Notes: generated by a model not told the origin, from the letters alone. Positions 12,683-22,603 are shown, numbered from the stretch's first letter. The stretch: 64,000 nt of DNA from Sumerlaeia bacterium (GCA_040219255.1 JAVJSW010000077.1:132750-196749), one strand, 5' to 3'. Numbers and translations: made by a program.

Positions 12683-14344
12683 GTGGCGCATCGTGTTGAG
12701 CTTGCACCCGTCCGGGAGGATACCCGTTTGCGGTCGTCCTACCATTTGTGGACAAGAATGAGCGATGAGGCCTTCGGAGACGTGCGCCGCATAGCTCGCG
12801 ATTGGTTTCGCGACATGTGGGACGGATGGACCCCCGGAGACCTTCCCATCACCGAAGAGAGTTTCGAACGATCGCTGAATGGCAATCGGTGCGAAGGAGT
12901 CTTTCTTCCCGATCAAAAAGTTTGGACGGTGCACGTTAACCGTCTCGACCGCGACGTTCCCGGCCTCGCCCACGTCCTGGACCTGAGCGTCTTCCTCCGG
13001 GCCGGCGCCACCAACTTCGTCCTGCGCACCCGCCAGACCCGCCCTCCCGTCGGCGAGAACAGCGTGACGCCGGAATTGCCCTCCCTCGTCCAGGAGGTGG
13101 CCGACGCCGTTCCGATGGCGGAGGCCGCTCCCATCGATGGCAAACCGCTGGAACTCGAAGGCGAAGACGACCTGGATGTCTTCGACAATCTGCTGACCCA
13201 CCCGCGCCGCTCCCTGGGCGTCATCCTCCTGACCGAGGCGGACACCCAGAAGGTCCGCCTTCCGGTCAACGAGCGCTTCATCCTCAATCCGCACGTTCTG
13301 GCCAAACGCATGCAGGGCGCGGCCTATGTGGCCACCATGCCCAAGCACCTGACCTATCACTGGACCGACCGCGTGGGCCGCGAGTGGTCGGCCTTTATGG
13401 GCGCCGCCCGCCTGTTCCGCCCCGGAATCCGGGACTACCATCTGGACAACGGGCGCGAGCACGGGTTCTGGATGGCCGACCGCATCATGCTGTGGGAGTA
13501 CCATGGCGAACGGGGCGAGCACGCCTTCGCCAATTTCCTTCTCGATCAGGCGTTGATCTGCAACGCCCTCAGCCCCCTGACCCACGAGGAATCGGTGCCG
13601 TTCGTGGACACGGCGCAGGCTCACGCGGGAGCCGAGACGGCCAGCGACCGCGATTGGCAGGCCCCGGTCCTGGAAACCGACCCGGACACGCAACGCCAGA
13701 TCGCCAACCTGCGGAGCCAATTGGAAGAAGTGCAGCGGTCGGCGGAGCAGTGGGAGGAGAGCGCCCTCGCCGCCCGGGAAAGCAACCTGATCCTGCGGGG
13801 CCGCATCGTCGAACTCGAGCATGGCTTCGCCCGCGCCACAGGCCGCCTGCCAATCTCCGACATGCCGGTTTGCCTGGCGGCGGATTCGATGCCGCGATGG
13901 GTGCGAAGCACCATGGCGGGGCGGCTGGTGCTCCACTCTCGCGCCGAAGCCGGATGGAAAGCGACCGCTTGCGAGGACGCGCTGCCGCTTTGCCTCGCCC
14001 TCCAACTCCTGGCCCGCGACTACCGCGACATGCGGCTGCGGGAAGGCGGCAACGAGGACACAGACGCCCGCGCCACGTTCAACCGCAGGCTCGCCGAGCA
14101 AGGGCTGACTCTTCAGCGCTCGAGCGTGCTGGAGTCGCTTTCCCCCTCGGCGGCCGATCTGATGTATGTGGACTGGAACGGACGCCGCGAAAAGCTGGCC
14201 TGGGTTCTCAGCCCCGTCGGCTCGGAAGCCTCGGCTGCCCATCCCGCCCCCGGCTCCATCCCTCACGTCACCTTCTTCTGGGATGGAGACAGCGAGCAGG
14301 TGGTCGTCGGCGCGCTGATCCCAAATTCGTCGCTGAAGGCTTAG
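12683..14344 (+). CDS. uncharacterised protein: alpha/beta domains, coiled coil and a C-terminal RelE/ParE-like domain that is probably degenerate
   Basis: Strong AAGGAGG RBS at 12671-12677 before GTG 12683. Heptad coiled coil QRQIANLRSQLEEVQRSAEQWEE. C-terminal GRLVLHSRA...VTFFWDGDSEQVVVG. The fold assignment is inference. Confidence 0.7.
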   Translation: MAHRVELAPVREDTRLRSSYHLWTRMSDEAFGDVRRIARDWFRDMWDGWTPGDLPITEESFERSLNGNRCEGVFLPDQKVWTVHVNRLDRDVPGLAHVLDLSVFLRAGATNFVLRTRQTRPPVGENSVTPELPSLVQEVADAVPMAEAAPIDGKPLELEGEDDLDVFDNLLTHPRRSLGVILLTEADTQKVRLPVNERFILNPHVLAKRMQGAAYVATMPKHLTYHWTDRVGREWSAFMGAARLFRPGIRDYHLDNGREHGFWMADRIMLWEYHGERGEHAFANFLLDQALICNALSPLTHEESVPFVDTAQAHAGAETASDRDWQAPVLETDPDTQRQIANLRSQLEEVQRSAEQWEESALAARESNLILRGRIVELEHGFARATGRLPISDMPVCLAADSMPRWVRSTMAGRLVLHSRAEAGWKATACEDALPLCLALQLLARDYRDMRLREGGNEDTDARATFNRRLAEQGLTLQRSSVLESLSPSAADLMYVDWNGRREKLAWVLSPVGSEASAAHPAPGSIPHVTFFWDGDSEQVVVGALIPNSSLKA

Positions 14345-14441
14345 GAGCTGGCAGGACGCGAACCCGTTTGGCCCCCCGCTTGCTTACACCGCCCGCACCG
14401 CTGCGGGCGGTCATTTTTATTTCTCAGGCGGGGTTTCACCC

Positions 14442-15122
14442 ATGAAGGTCTCATTGTTTGCTTTGCTCGTTGCCGGAACCGCGATTTCCGTGCTCTCCAC
14501 CGGATGCGCTCATCAGAGTTCTAAGAAAGGCGATTGGGACGATGCGGTCCCGTTGAAATCGGTTTCGCCGGAGGCGGCGCTGGAGCGGCTGAAAGCCGGA
14601 AACGCCCGCTATGTCGACGGCGAAAGTGAATGGGAAGGCCTGGAAACGGAGCAGATTGCGGCGCACAAGGCGGGGCAAAATCCCTACGCCATCGTTTTGT
14701 CCTGCGCCGATAGCCGCGTTCCCGTGGAGCACGTCTTCGACGCCGGCGTGGGCGAGGTTTTCGTCCTGCGCGTGGCCGGCAACGTGAAGACCGAGGAGAA
14801 CATGGGCAGTGCGGAGTATGCGATTCTGGCGCTGGAAACTCCGCTTCTGCTGGTTATGGGTCACGAAAGCTGTGGCGCCGTAAAGGGCGCCCTGGGCGTG
14901 GAAGAAGGCCAGTATCCGCAGCCGCTCCAGAGTCTGCTGATGGGCATCGCTGAGGGCCTGCCGGAGGGAGCCAGTTTGCCGGGAGCCGTTCGGGCCAATG
15001 TGGAGCGCCAGGTGGCCCTGATCCGAAGCAACGATGTGGTGAGCAAGGCGGAAGCGGCCGGGACACTGAAGGTGGTCGGCGCCGTGTACGACTTCGACAC
15101 GGGCAACGTGGAGTTCCTGTAA
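14442..15122 (+). CDS. beta-class carbonic anhydrase, predicted lipoprotein
   Basis: CADSRV and GHESCGAV zinc-ligand motifs, ALERLKAGNARY, and an N-terminal lipobox LSTGC. Confidence 0.93.
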   Translation: MKVSLFALLVAGTAISVLSTGCAHQSSKKGDWDDAVPLKSVSPEAALERLKAGNARYVDGESEWEGLETEQIAAHKAGQNPYAIVLSCADSRVPVEHVFDAGVGEVFVLRVAGNVKTEENMGSAEYAILALETPLLLVMGHESCGAVKGALGVEEGQYPQPLQSLLMGIAEGLPEGASLPGAVRANVERQVALIRSNDVVSKAEAAGTLKVVGAVYDFDTGNVEFL

Positions 15123-15133
15123 GGGGCGGCGGC

Positions 15134-15847
15134 TTACGCTTCCGGTTTGCGAAGCACGGAGATCGAGTCGTGATCGTTGCGGAAATGCTGAGCCACCACC
15201 TCCAGACCCAACTCCGCGGCGAATTCCTGCATTTTCTCGGCCGTCATGGCGGTGCGGCGGCCCGACTCGCGCACGCCTTTGCCCGAGTGATCCAGCCAGG
15301 CCAAGCCGCCGGGCCGAAGCACGCGCTTGATGTCGATGACATATTCACGGATGATTTCCGGCACCACATGCACCAAGGCATCGAAGGACGCGACCAAGTC
15401 GGCCGATTCGTCCTCGAGCATGGAGAGCGACCGGCCATCGTTGACGTGATAGGCGATGTGGTCGTAGTACTGGAACCGCTCGCGGCAGACCTTGATGCAG
15501 GCCTCCGTGTAGTCCACCAAGGCCAGCGTCTTGGCGACGCGGATCAATTCGGTCGTAAACCGGCCGGCCCCGGGAGCGATCTCGACGACGTCGTAATCGC
15601 GTCGCTCGCCCAGGTGCGGCAGCAGGTGGTTTTCAGCGATGCGGACGACGCCGGTATAGCTCTGCATGTGGCCGCCTCCCCACTGATATCCAAATTTGTC
15701 TTTTCCGCGCCAGAGCGATTCGCTGCCCCAACGCTTCTTGTTCCAGGCGAGATTGTCTTCGACAACGCCCTCGCTGAGAACGTCCTTGTTCAGGCGCTTG
15801 GAAACGGCTTTTTTCAGACCTTCGACGGTTGATCGGAGAGGGCTCAT
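15134..15847 (-). CDS. class I SAM-dependent methyltransferase
   Basis: VVEIAPGAGRFT (motif I), LVDY, DLVASFDALVH and RVLRPGG. Start taken at MSPLRS (15847). Confidence 0.88.
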   Translation of the reverse strand: MSPLRSTVEGLKKAVSKRLNKDVLSEGVVEDNLAWNKKRWGSESLWRGKDKFGYQWGGGHMQSYTGVVRIAENHLLPHLGERRDYDVVEIAPGAGRFTTELIRVAKTLALVDYTEACIKVCRERFQYYDHIAYHVNDGRSLSMLEDESADLVASFDALVHVVPEIIREYVIDIKRVLRPGGLAWLDHSGKGVRESGRRTAMTAEKMQEFAAELGLEVVAQHFRNDHDSISVLRKPEA

Positions 15848-16039
15848 GGAAGGATGGCCTTTTTGGAGTCGATGACGAGAAAAGTGGGCGCTCATCGGGA
15901 TGTCGACCGCAAATTTCCCCGCGAAGGCCAGCCGCGAGCACGACCTGCCTGGGGAAGTCCCCTCGAATCGGCGGTTTCCTTTGCGCCCCGGGGGCGCCAA
16001 GCTTTGGCCTGAGACCGCATCTTCCACGAAAGTCCCGCC

Positions 16040-17317
16040 ATGTCCGCTCCCCCCATCGACATCGCCATCGTCGGCGCCGGAGCCGCCGGATTGACCGCCG
16101 CCATCTTTGCCGGCGAGGCCGCCGCCGGGCGCGGGCTGCGGATTGTGCTCCTGGATGGCGCGCGCAAACCGGGGGCAAAAATCCTGGTGAGCGGCGGCGG
16201 GCGATGCAACGTGACCAACGAACGCGTGACGCCTGACGATTTCTGGGGCGGAGCGCGCGGCACGATCAAGAAGGTGCTCAAGTCCTTCGACCATCGGCGC
16301 ACGTTGGAGTGGATGGCGTCGCTAGGCGTTGAACTGAAACTCGAACCGACCGGTAAGTACTTTCCCGCCAGCGATTCAGCTCGCACGGTGCTGGGGGCGC
16401 TGCTGCGGCGCGCTGAGGAAGTGGGCGTCGAGCTGCGCCCCGGGCACCGGGTCGGCCACATCGGGCGGGAAGCCGGCGGCGGCTGGAGCCTCGGATTTCG
16501 CGATGGCGAGCACCCGCCCCTCAGCGCCCGGCGCCTCATCCTGGCGACTGGCGGCATGTCGCTGCCCAAGAGCGGCAGCGATGGCTGGGGCTTGGCGGCG
16601 GCGCGGCGCCTCGGGCACACAATCACGGCGACGACTCCGGCGCTGGCGCCGCTGGTGCTGGGGCCGCAGGCGGGCGCGGGCGGGCGTTTCGCGGACCTGA
16701 GCGGCCTGACGCTGGATGTGCGTCTCGGGGTCTACGAAGCAAGCGGCCGGCGCCTCGAAGAACGCGCCGGATCGCTCCTCTTCACCCACTTCGGCGTCAG
16801 CGGCCCGGCGGCCCTCGACCTCTCGCGCCATCTGCTGCAAGCCCGCGAAGCCGACCCCCGCGCGGAACTCGTGGTCGGCCTTGGCCATCCCCATTTCCCG
16901 ACGCCGGAAGCCGCCGACGGCTGGCTCCGCGATCAGGCAGCGGCGCACCCTAAGCGCACGCTGGCCAACGCTCTGCGCGCGATTTACCCCGAGCGCCTGG
17001 CCTCGGCGCTGGCCGAGGGCCGCGACGGGGTGCTGGCCGAACTCTCCAAGACCACCCGCCGCGCCACCGCCACCGACATCGCCCGCCTGCCCCTGAACGT
17101 CACGGGGTCGCGGGGGTACACCTTCGCCGAGACGACCGCCGGGGGCGTGGACCTCTCGGAAATCGACCCCCGCACCATGGCCAGCCGCGTGGCCGAGGGG
17201 CTGTATCTCTGCGGCGAAATGCTGGATGTGGACGGGCGGATCGGCGGGTTCAACTTCCAGTGGGCGTGGGCGAGTGGGCATTTGGCGGGGCGGGGGGTGG
17301 TGGGGGAATCAGATTAA
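16040..17317 (+). CDS. HI0933/YhiN (BaiN-like) family NAD(P)/FAD-dependent flavoprotein
   Basis: IVGAGAAGL, GAKILVSGGGRCNVTN, ATGGMSLPKSGSDG, LLFTHFGVSGPA and GEMLDVDGRIGGFNFQWAWASG. Confidence 0.95.
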   Translation: MSAPPIDIAIVGAGAAGLTAAIFAGEAAAGRGLRIVLLDGARKPGAKILVSGGGRCNVTNERVTPDDFWGGARGTIKKVLKSFDHRRTLEWMASLGVELKLEPTGKYFPASDSARTVLGALLRRAEEVGVELRPGHRVGHIGREAGGGWSLGFRDGEHPPLSARRLILATGGMSLPKSGSDGWGLAAARRLGHTITATTPALAPLVLGPQAGAGGRFADLSGLTLDVRLGVYEASGRRLEERAGSLLFTHFGVSGPAALDLSRHLLQAREADPRAELVVGLGHPHFPTPEAADGWLRDQAAAHPKRTLANALRAIYPERLASALAEGRDGVLAELSKTTRRATATDIARLPLNVTGSRGYTFAETTAGGVDLSEIDPRTMASRVAEGLYLCGEMLDVDGRIGGFNFQWAWASGHLAGRGVVGESD

Positions 17318-17335
17318 TCAGCCGGCGATAAAAAG

Positions 17336-17436
17336 GTAACACGGGCATCTTGCCCGTGATCGGCGAGGCTTCGAGGACAAAGAGTTGTTATATTTCTAGA
17401 AAACGTTCCTGGTCATGGGCGGGACGCCCATGTTAC
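17336..17436. repeat. REPIN-like pair of inverted REP palindromes
   Basis: GTAACACGGGCATCTTGCCCGTG (17336-17358) and the inverted unit GGTCATGGGCGGGACGCCCATGTTAC (17411-17436), with an AT-rich spacer, between convergent genes. Confidence 0.8.
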
Positions 17437-17477
17437 ACAGATTTCAAAATTCAATAATTATCCATATCAAACTTTCC

Positions 17478-18902
17478 CTACATCGTCGGCGTCGTCGGCG
17501 CGTCCACATCGATCGCGTTCACCGGCGTCTGATCTTGCAGGACTTCGTAGCCCCGGATGACGACTCGGTCGTTTTCTTGGACGCCGAAGGCGATTTCGAT
17601 GTCGTCTTTGCCTTCCAGGCCTAAGTCCACGGCGATCATTTCCGCGACGTCGTAGTCCAAGTCCGGTTTGTCGCGCACCACGAAAACGACGTCCATGTTG
17701 TTGCGGCGGGTGATGACGCTCTTGGGGACGACGATGCGGTCGCGGCGGCGTTCGGTGACGATGTCGGCGCGGCCGAACATGCCGGGTTTCAGGCGCCGGG
17801 CGCCGTCTTCGCCCTCCGGATTGGCGAGGGCGATGTCCACCGTGAAGGCCCGGGTGTCGGGGTTGACGCTGTTGCTGATGCTGGCGACTTCGCCCTCGGC
17901 CACGATGTCTTCACGAGCGTAGAGCACGACGATGGCGGGTTGGCCGGGAAAGACGTTGCCGATGTCCTTGCTGGTCACATCGACCCGCATATAGACGTTC
18001 GCGATGTCCACGACGCCGCCGACTGTGGTGCCGCTGCCGACGTATTTGCCTTCGTTGACGGTGATGTCTTCGTCGCCGAAACCGCGCTGGAATTTGCCTT
18101 GGCCCTGGAGGGTCGAGCGGCTGACGAGGACGCCATCGAAGGGCGCGGCAATTTCCGTGCGGCGCTCGCGGGCGAGGGTCGATTCGAGCCGCTGCTCCGC
18201 TTTCTCCAGGTTGATCTGGCTCTGCTTCTGGGAATTGAGGGCCTGCTGGAGCTGCAACCGCGCTGCGTCCACTTCGCGCTGCGACGTGACGCCCTGGGCG
18301 TAGAGGTCTTGCAGGGTGCGATACTCGCGCTGGCGGGCTTCCAGGGTCTGCTTGCCGATGTTCAGGTTTTCCTTGGCGATGCGGATTTCCGCCCGGTCGA
18401 TTTCGATCTGACTGATGAGTTCCATGCTGTCGAGGCGGGCGATCACGGTGCCTTCTTCGACGGCGTCGCCCTCGCGCCATTCCCGCGTAAAGCGCAGCGT
18501 GCCGCTTTCCTCGGTGGCCAGCGCCTGGCTTCGCACCGGCACGATCGAGCCGGTGGTCGAGACCGTGGCGCGGATTTCCTGGCGCTCGGCGGTCTGGATC
18601 AGGACCGGCGAGAGGAAGACGCGTTCCTTCTTGATGTCCGGGTTGGCGTTTTCGCCCGGGGCGGCTTCGCCGTCGGGGCGCTGGGGCGGACGGCAGGCGG
18701 TCGCGAGGGCGGCGGCGATCAGCAGGAAGAAAATTTGACGAGAGAGAAAGGGAAGCGCCAAGGGGCTTGGACTCCGGGGCTGGGCGGGTGAGCGGGCCGC
18801 GGACAAGGTCGGCGGCGGAGAAAAGCTTCCCGCCCGAGGGGCGGCAGCGTCAAGGCGGGTGGCGTTTCGCGGGAGGGGTTTACCTTTCCTGACGAATTGC
18901 AT
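17478..18902 (-). CDS. efflux RND transporter periplasmic adaptor (membrane fusion protein), lipoprotein; start uncertain
   Basis: Lipobox LATAC, TGSIVP, EGDAVEEGTVIARLD, alpha-hairpin, IAAPFDGV, VNPDTRAF and LKPGMFGRA. Confidence 0.9.
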   Translation of the reverse strand: MQFVRKGKPLPRNATRLDAAAPRAGSFSPPPTLSAARSPAQPRSPSPLALPFLSRQIFFLLIAAALATACRPPQRPDGEAAPGENANPDIKKERVFLSPVLIQTAERQEIRATVSTTGSIVPVRSQALATEESGTLRFTREWREGDAVEEGTVIARLDSMELISQIEIDRAEIRIAKENLNIGKQTLEARQREYRTLQDLYAQGVTSQREVDAARLQLQQALNSQKQSQINLEKAEQRLESTLARERRTEIAAPFDGVLVSRSTLQGQGKFQRGFGDEDITVNEGKYVGSGTTVGGVVDIANVYMRVDVTSKDIGNVFPGQPAIVVLYAREDIVAEGEVASISNSVNPDTRAFTVDIALANPEGEDGARRLKPGMFGRADIVTERRRDRIVVPKSVITRRNNMDVVFVVRDKPDLDYDVAEMIAVDLGLEGKDDIEIAFGVQENDRVVIRGYEVLQDQTPVNAIDVDAPTTPTM

Positions 18903-18941
18903 GGAAACTCGGGGGAAGTGGCTCATCGGATCGGGCCTCCT

Positions 18942-19240
18942 GTGGCGTCTGAAAAAGACCCTCTCACAGGCTTGTCAGGTTGTCCCCTCATGTGGAGCTT
19001 CGGGAGCAAAAAAGACAAAATACACTTATCGCACTTATCAGACAACGGGCGAATCGGCGGGGTGGGCAACAAGCCTCTTGCCCGTGGGGCCGGTGGGGCC
19101 TAGCTGAGGAGAGTATTCCCGCAGTAAGGCTGTCCACACCCATGGCGAAACCGCGCCGAACCAAGCCGAAGGCGAATGAGGGCGCTGGCTCGCCCTCGGC
19201 GCCCGCGCCCGCGATGACTCCCGCGCTTTCCAGACACCGC
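18942..19240 (+). mobile_element. MITE-like repeat, copy 2 (complete, 299 bp, imperfect terminal inverted repeats)
   Basis: Left end GTGGCGTCTGAAAA versus reverse complement of the right end GCGGTGTCTGGAAA (11/14 match, all differences transitions). No transposase and no clear target duplication. Confidence 0.75.
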
Positions 19241-21280
19241 ATGAGTTCCCTCTCCCCCGCCGAAGCCGAGCCCGCTCCCGCTTCCGAACCGACCGCCACG
19301 CTCGACTCCCCGCCCGTCTCCGATTCGCCGTTCCGACCGATGCCTCCCGCCGTGGCCGCGCGGCCGGTGACCGTTTGGGAATGGGTGGGCCTCGGGTTCC
19401 TCCTCTTCGTGGCGGCTGGCTTCCGGCTCTACGATCCGGACTTGTCGTTTTTCAGCGCCCATACCTCGCGCGACCTGTACCGCTCTCTTGAGATATTGCG
19501 CGGCGTGCAGTTCCACCTCCTGGGCAGCGAAATGCAATACGGCGGCCGCGTCATGGGGCCGTTCATGTACTTGCTGGTGGCGCCGATTCTGGCGATCTCG
19601 CCCCGGCCGGAAGCCATTCAGATCTTTGTCGGCCTGCTGAACACAGGCGTCGTCGCCGCCACCTGGTATCTGGTGCGGCGGTATCTGGGGCCGATGATGG
19701 CGTTCTGGACGGCGGCGATTTACGCCGTGTTTCCGCTCGAGGTGATTCAGCTCCGCTACAACTGGAACCCGTGTTTCCTGCCGCCGATGATGACGCTGGC
19801 GCTGTGGGGGTTGCTGCGGGCGGCCATCGACCGGCGGGGCTGGTGGGTGGTGCTGTGCGTCTTGGGGCTAAGTCTAGGGCTCCAGCTTCACCTCTCCGCC
19901 ATCGAGGCCCTGCCGGCCGTGATCGGCGTTCTGGCGGTGGCGCGGGCGCGCATCGGGTGGAAACCCTGGGCCGCGACGGCGGCACTGGTGCTGGTGCTGT
20001 TCAGCCCACTGATCATCTCCGAAGTGTCCACCTCGGGCCACAACACCGCGGAAATGGTCGAGGCGCCCGTGAGCCTGCGCGAGGACGCCGATAAGTGGAA
20101 GTTCAACCCCAACGGGCCGCTGAATTACCTGTACCACACGCACCTGGAGATGAACGAGGAAATCACCCGGCTGGGGTTCGTTGCGCTGATGACGATGCCG
20201 ATGAAGGGCGAGGAGGTGCTGGGCGACGAGCGCTTCACGGCCGCCCGGATCATCAACGGCTACGCGGACATCCAGATCGTTTTCTGGGCGGCGGGCATGG
20301 CGTGCCTGCTGTTCTGGGTGATCGATCACGCGCGGCGGCGCAAGGGGCTGGAGGGTGCCCTCTTCGAAGCGTCCCGGGCGAGGATGCTCTTCGCGCTGGC
20401 GGTGCTTCTGTGGCAGGCGGGACCAGTGGCGGTGTTGAGTTTCTTCAACTTCCACGGCGTGCCCGGGGTCGAGGAGTACTCCATCGTGCCCCTGCGCTAT
20501 TACCTTGTGACTTATCCCGCGCCGTTCATCACCACGGGCGCCGGCATCGTGGCGCTGGGGGCGGGCCTGGGTTGGCTGTACCGCAAGATCGAGGGCCGCT
20601 CCGGAGCCGATGCGAAAGCTTACGGTCTGGTGTACGTCCTGGCGGCTCTGCTGTTCGTGGGCTATGGTTTCTATAGCGCCTTCCACCTGCGCCTGATCGA
20701 GAAGAGCGGTCGCATCTTCGTCTACGATCATAAGGCGGAGAACGTGGTGCCGAACCTGCGCACGATGCGCGAGGTGGCGGATATTCTGCTGGATAACGCT
20801 GGCATCGACAAGGCGGCTTGGTACGAACGCGTCCACACGCAGAACCTGCTGAATCTGCGCTATGGGGAAACGACGCTGGACTGGATTATTTCGCAGGACC
20901 CGCGCAGTGTCACCAACGATCCACCGGATCCGCGGATGCGCTGGTTGCTCCACAGCCCCATCGCGGGGCCACCGGAACCCGGCCTGCCGCCCGGCTCGGC
21001 CGAGCAGCCGGTGCTGCCCCCGGGCGCGCGCAAAGTGGCCACCTGGCGCCTGAAGGACGAAGACATCACCATCATCCAGTACCGTGTCGAGGACCCGGAG
21101 AACACACCGGTGCCAAACAACCGGGGTATGCGGAATTACTACTATCGCCATGTGCGGATGCGGTACCTGGGGCCAGACGCCGAGGTTCGCGCCGCGGATC
21201 CGGAAGCGACCCCGGAGCGCATCGAGGCCTATCGGGAGGCGATGCGGCGGTCCTGGATCGATTGGGAAGTGTACGAGTAG
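19142..21280 (+). CDS. multi-pass membrane glycosyltransferase, ArnT/PMT (GT39/GT83, GT-C fold)-like
   Basis: FRLY..., RDLYRS, LLGSE...GPFMYLLVAP, WNPCFLP, LGLQLHLSA and many TM segments. Start is either the MITE-internal ATG 19142 or the ATG at 19241 directly after the MITE. Confidence 0.75.
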   Translation: MAKPRRTKPKANEGAGSPSAPAPAMTPALSRHRMSSLSPAEAEPAPASEPTATLDSPPVSDSPFRPMPPAVAARPVTVWEWVGLGFLLFVAAGFRLYDPDLSFFSAHTSRDLYRSLEILRGVQFHLLGSEMQYGGRVMGPFMYLLVAPILAISPRPEAIQIFVGLLNTGVVAATWYLVRRYLGPMMAFWTAAIYAVFPLEVIQLRYNWNPCFLPPMMTLALWGLLRAAIDRRGWWVVLCVLGLSLGLQLHLSAIEALPAVIGVLAVARARIGWKPWAATAALVLVLFSPLIISEVSTSGHNTAEMVEAPVSLREDADKWKFNPNGPLNYLYHTHLEMNEEITRLGFVALMTMPMKGEEVLGDERFTAARIINGYADIQIVFWAAGMACLLFWVIDHARRRKGLEGALFEASRARMLFALAVLLWQAGPVAVLSFFNFHGVPGVEEYSIVPLRYYLVTYPAPFITTGAGIVALGAGLGWLYRKIEGRSGADAKAYGLVYVLAALLFVGYGFYSAFHLRLIEKSGRIFVYDHKAENVVPNLRTMREVADILLDNAGIDKAAWYERVHTQNLLNLRYGETTLDWIISQDPRSVTNDPPDPRMRWLLHSPIAGPPEPGLPPGSAEQPVLPPGARKVATWRLKDEDITIIQYRVEDPENTPVPNNRGMRNYYYRHVRMRYLGPDAEVRAADPEATPERIEAYREAMRRSWIDWEVYE

Positions 21281-21319
21281 ACGCCCAGCGGCTTTCCCGG
21301 CCGGGGGCGGGGCGACTTG

Positions 21320-22603
21320 TCAGCTCAAGTCCGCGAAGGGAGCCAGCCGCTCTTTCCATTCGGTGGCCGACTGGGGTCGTTCGGCGCGCTCGGAGTGAAG
21401 GCCCTGGCGCAAGAGCGCGATCAGTTCCGGGTCCAGGTCCTTGCGATAGCGGCCGAGGGGCTGGGGGCCGCGATGGCGGATGCCCTGGAGCAGATCGGTG
21501 GGGCGCTCGCCCACATAGGGCGGCACGCCCCCGGAGAGCACGATGTAGCCGAGCACGGCCAAGGCCCACAGGTCTTGGAACGGGCTGATGATGTCGTCGA
21601 TCAGGGCTTCCGGCGGGGTGTAGCGTAAGGCGGTGACTTGCAGTTCCGGCTGGGTCAGCCTCAGGCCGCCTTCCTGGATGGCAGCGATGCCGAAATCGCA
21701 GAGCAGAGCGCGGTCGTCCGACTTGCGGATCAGCACGTTCGCCGGGGTGATGTCGCGGTGGATGATGCCTTTCAGGTCCGACTGGGTGAAGTCGTTGCGC
21801 CATTCGAAGGCATGGGCGGCTTCGAGGGCCTGGGCGATGTGGTGGAGAAAGCGGCAGACCCGGCGTTGCGGAATGGGGTGCTCGGCGGCGGCGAGGGAGC
21901 CAAGCGACTGGCCTTCGATGTACTCCATGATCATGTAGAGGAGGCCCGTTTCCGGATCGCCGCCTGCTTCCATCACTGGGACGATGTTGGGGGCGCCGCT
22001 GGCCACGAGGCGCTGGGTGACGTCGGCTTCGCGGTGGAAGCGCTCGATGACCGAGCGCGAGTCCATCACGTCCTGGCGCGAGCGCATCATGGCGTTGGTG
22101 TCGGTGCCGCCGCGGGGGTCCTCGCGCAGGAGCACCTTCACCGCGACGGTGGAGCCGTCGGGGCGGCAGAAAGCGCGCCAGACCTCGCCATAGGCGCCGG
22201 CGCCAATGCGCTCGAAGCGTTGAAAACGGCTCGGGAAATCGCGCCAGAGCGCCAGCGGAAAGCCCCAGGGCAGCTGGTCGCCCTCGCCGGTCGAGCCCTC
22301 GGGGCGCCAGTGAACGCGCATCTTGAGGGCGTCCAAGCGGATTTCGGCCCCCTGCTTCAGCGGAGCCGACTCCTTGATCGCTTTCTTGTTGAGCAGAACG
22401 CCCGAGGTGCTGCCGAGATCCCAGACCGTGGCCCGGCCGTCCTGAAGGACGAAACGGGCATGGTTGCGCGAAACCGCCGGATAGTGGTTCGAATCGATCA
22501 CGAAGTCGTTCCCGCGCGACCGGCCGAGTGTCACCTCCGTCTGATCGTAGACGACGGTGACGGGTTCACCCTGACGATTGTGATGCGTGACGGCGAATGC
22601 CAA
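21320..22603 (-). CDS. FHA-domain Ser/Thr protein kinase
   Basis: FHA: LGRSRGNDF, VSRNHA, DLGSTSGV. Kinase: IGAGAYGEVW, VAVK, HRDITPAN, DFG, YTPPE, DLWALAV. TTG start 9 nt after a GGAGGG RBS. Confidence 0.9.
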   Translation of the reverse strand: MAFAVTHHNRQGEPVTVVYDQTEVTLGRSRGNDFVIDSNHYPAVSRNHARFVLQDGRATVWDLGSTSGVLLNKKAIKESAPLKQGAEIRLDALKMRVHWRPEGSTGEGDQLPWGFPLALWRDFPSRFQRFERIGAGAYGEVWRAFCRPDGSTVAVKVLLREDPRGGTDTNAMMRSRQDVMDSRSVIERFHREADVTQRLVASGAPNIVPVMEAGGDPETGLLYMIMEYIEGQSLGSLAAAEHPIPQRRVCRFLHHIAQALEAAHAFEWRNDFTQSDLKGIIHRDITPANVLIRKSDDRALLCDFGIAAIQEGGLRLTQPELQVTALRYTPPEALIDDIISPFQDLWALAVLGYIVLSGGVPPYVGERPTDLLQGIRHRGPQPLGRYRKDLDPELIALLRQGLHSERAERPQSATEWKERLAPFADLS

